Below are positions 62,671 to 64,000 of a DNA stretch of 64,000 bases, in pieces. Position 1 is the stretch's first letter. Each line of letters begins with the position of its first letter. Made by a program: the position numbers and the translations under genes. The notes below the pieces were generated by a model. It was not told the origin of the DNA, ran no database searches, and saw only the letters and a program-made list of their open reading frames with translations. The stretch is from Myxococcota bacterium (GTDB taxonomy: Bacteria > Myxococcota_A > UBA796 > UBA9615 > JAKLKC01), in the NCBI GenBank assembly GCA_023150875.1, contig JAKLKC010000015.1, positions 21,953 through 85,952 of the forward strand, written 5' to 3'.

Positions 62671-64000
62671 ATGAGTCAGGGAAGCAAGGAAGAGACGCTC
62701 GGCGGACCGGAGATCCGGGAGATCCCGCTCCTCGCCATCCGGAACACGGTGATCTTCCCGGTGTTGGCGTTCCCCATCAACGTCGGGCGGGAGAAGTCGC
62801 TCCGGAGCGTGGACACCGCCATGGAGGGGGAGCGGTTGCTGGGGATCGTCGCCCAGAAGGACGCGAAGGTCGAGGACCCCCGCGCCGAGGACGTGTTCAC
62901 CGTCGGGACGGCGGTGAAGATCCTCAAGCTCTACAAGATGCCCGGCAACAAGCAGAACGTGATCATCCAGGGGCTCAGCCGGATCCGGGTCTTGGAGTAC
63001 ACCCAGACCGAGCCCTTCCTGAAGGCCAGGGTCGAGATGATCCCCGAGCCGACGGCGGTGGGCGAGGACGTCGAGGGGCTGCTGGTGCACCTGCGGGAGC
63101 AGGCCCAGAAGATCATCGAGCTCAGCCCCCACATCCCCGGCGAGGCGAGCTTCCTGGTCCGCTCCATCGACAACCCCGGGATCCTGGCGGACATCGTCGC
63201 CAGCAACCTCTCCGTGGGCGTCGAGGAGAAGCAGGACCTCCTGGAGACGCTGGAGGTCCGCCCCCGCCTCGAGAAGGTGATCACGCTGCTCAACAAGGAG
63301 ATCCAGGTCCTCGAGCTGTCGAACAAGATCCAGTCCGAGGTCAAGGGCGAGATGGACAAGGCCCAGCGGGAGTACTTCCTGCGGGAACAGATGAAGGCCA
63401 TCCAGAAGGAGCTGGGGGAGGTCGACGACCGGCAGGAGGAGTTCGAGGACCTCAAGCGGGCGATCAAGCGGGCGAAGATGCCCAAGGACGTCGAGAAGAT
63501 CGCGTTCAAGGAGCTCAAGCGGATGAGCCGCATGAGCCCCGGTGCGGCGGAGTACACCGTCAGCCGGACGTACATCGACTGGCTGATCGAGCTGCCCTGG
63601 AGCGTCAGCACCGAGGACAGCCTGGACATCGACCGCGCCGCCGAGATCCTGGACGAGGACCACTACGACCTCAGCAAGGTCAAGCAGCGGATCCTCGAGT
63701 ACCTGGCCGTCCGCAAGCTCAAGAAGGACATGAAGGGCCCGATCCTCTGCCTCGTGGGTCCGCCCGGGGTGGGCAAGACCTCCCTCGGGAAGTCCGTGGC
63801 CCGGGCGCTGGGCCGGAAGTTCGTCCGCATGAGTCTGGGCGGCGTGCGGGACGAGGCGGAGATCCGCGGCCACCGGCGCACCTACATCGGCTCCCTCCCG
63901 GGCAAGATCGTCAAGGGCATCAAGAAGGCGGGCTCCAACAACCCGGTCTTCATCCTGGACGAGATCGACAAGCTGGGCATGGACTATCGCGGGGACCCCT
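62671..64000 (+). CDS. lon: Lon protease (partial, runs off the window)
   Basis: Translated by hand: PLLAIRNTVIFP, QREYFLREQMKAIQKELG, ILCLVGPPGVGKTSLG, GGVRDEAEIRGHRRTYIG, LDEIDK; absent from the ORF track because there is no stop in the window. Confidence 0.97.
   Translation, partial: MSQGSKEETLGGPEIREIPLLAIRNTVIFPVLAFPINVGREKSLRSVDTAMEGERLLGIVAQKDAKVEDPRAEDVFTVGTAVKILKLYKMPGNKQNVIIQGLSRIRVLEYTQTEPFLKARVEMIPEPTAVGEDVEGLLVHLREQAQKIIELSPHIPGEASFLVRSIDNPGILADIVASNLSVGVEEKQDLLETLEVRPRLEKVITLLNKEIQVLELSNKIQSEVKGEMDKAQREYFLREQMKAIQKELGEVDDRQEEFEDLKRAIKRAKMPKDVEKIAFKELKRMSRMSPGAAEYTVSRTYIDWLIELPWSVSTEDSLDIDRAAEILDEDHYDLSKVKQRILEYLAVRKLKKDMKGPILCLVGPPGVGKTSLGKSVARALGRKFVRMSLGGVRDEAEIRGHRRTYIGSLPGKIVKGIKKAGSNNPVFILDEIDKLGMDYRGDP

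Noticed and set aside
1-64000. tRNA, rRNA, integrase or transposase genes
   Set aside because: None recognised on either strand by eye

Overview
Very GC-rich bacterial chromosomal window. Gene content and order (pilMNOPQ-aroK-aroB-aroQ-accBC, ruvX-mltG, Hanks kinase with an FGE domain, FG-GAP and acidic lipoproteins) suggest Myxococcota or another deltaproteobacterium; this is an inference. About 55 CDS are present. Core genes include xseA, rimK, ruvX, mltG, type IV pilus pilMNOPQ, aroK/aroB/aroQ, accB/accC, tmk, cysC, an A-adding-type tRNA nucleotidyltransferase, a PPDK regulatory protein, an acyl-CoA synthetase/SCP2/CoA-transferase block and a partial lon. Two clusters look like surface-glycan modification loci: 15.7-21.9 kb and 41.4-50.8 kb. 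Two stand-alone type II toxin-antitoxin (TA) modules are present. The strongest sequence-level signal is the VapBC module at 24.4-25.5 kb. It is bracketed by two 60-bp copies of the 3' end of the upstream gene that differ only at synonymous positions and the stop codon, and it carries a 60-bp attC-like palindrome, with no integrase nearby. Other notable items: a protein with three XRE-type HTH domains converging on a DUF7226-like gene; a FadR(YsiA)-like operator upstream of the SCP2/CoA-transferase genes; a putative OM beta-barrel with a long charged tether and tandem repeats; and a Thr-nucleophile 'sulfatase'. No rRNA, tRNA, CRISPR array, transposase or integrase was seen. All family assignments come from motif recognition by eye and from memory, not from database searches, and several start codons are my estimates.
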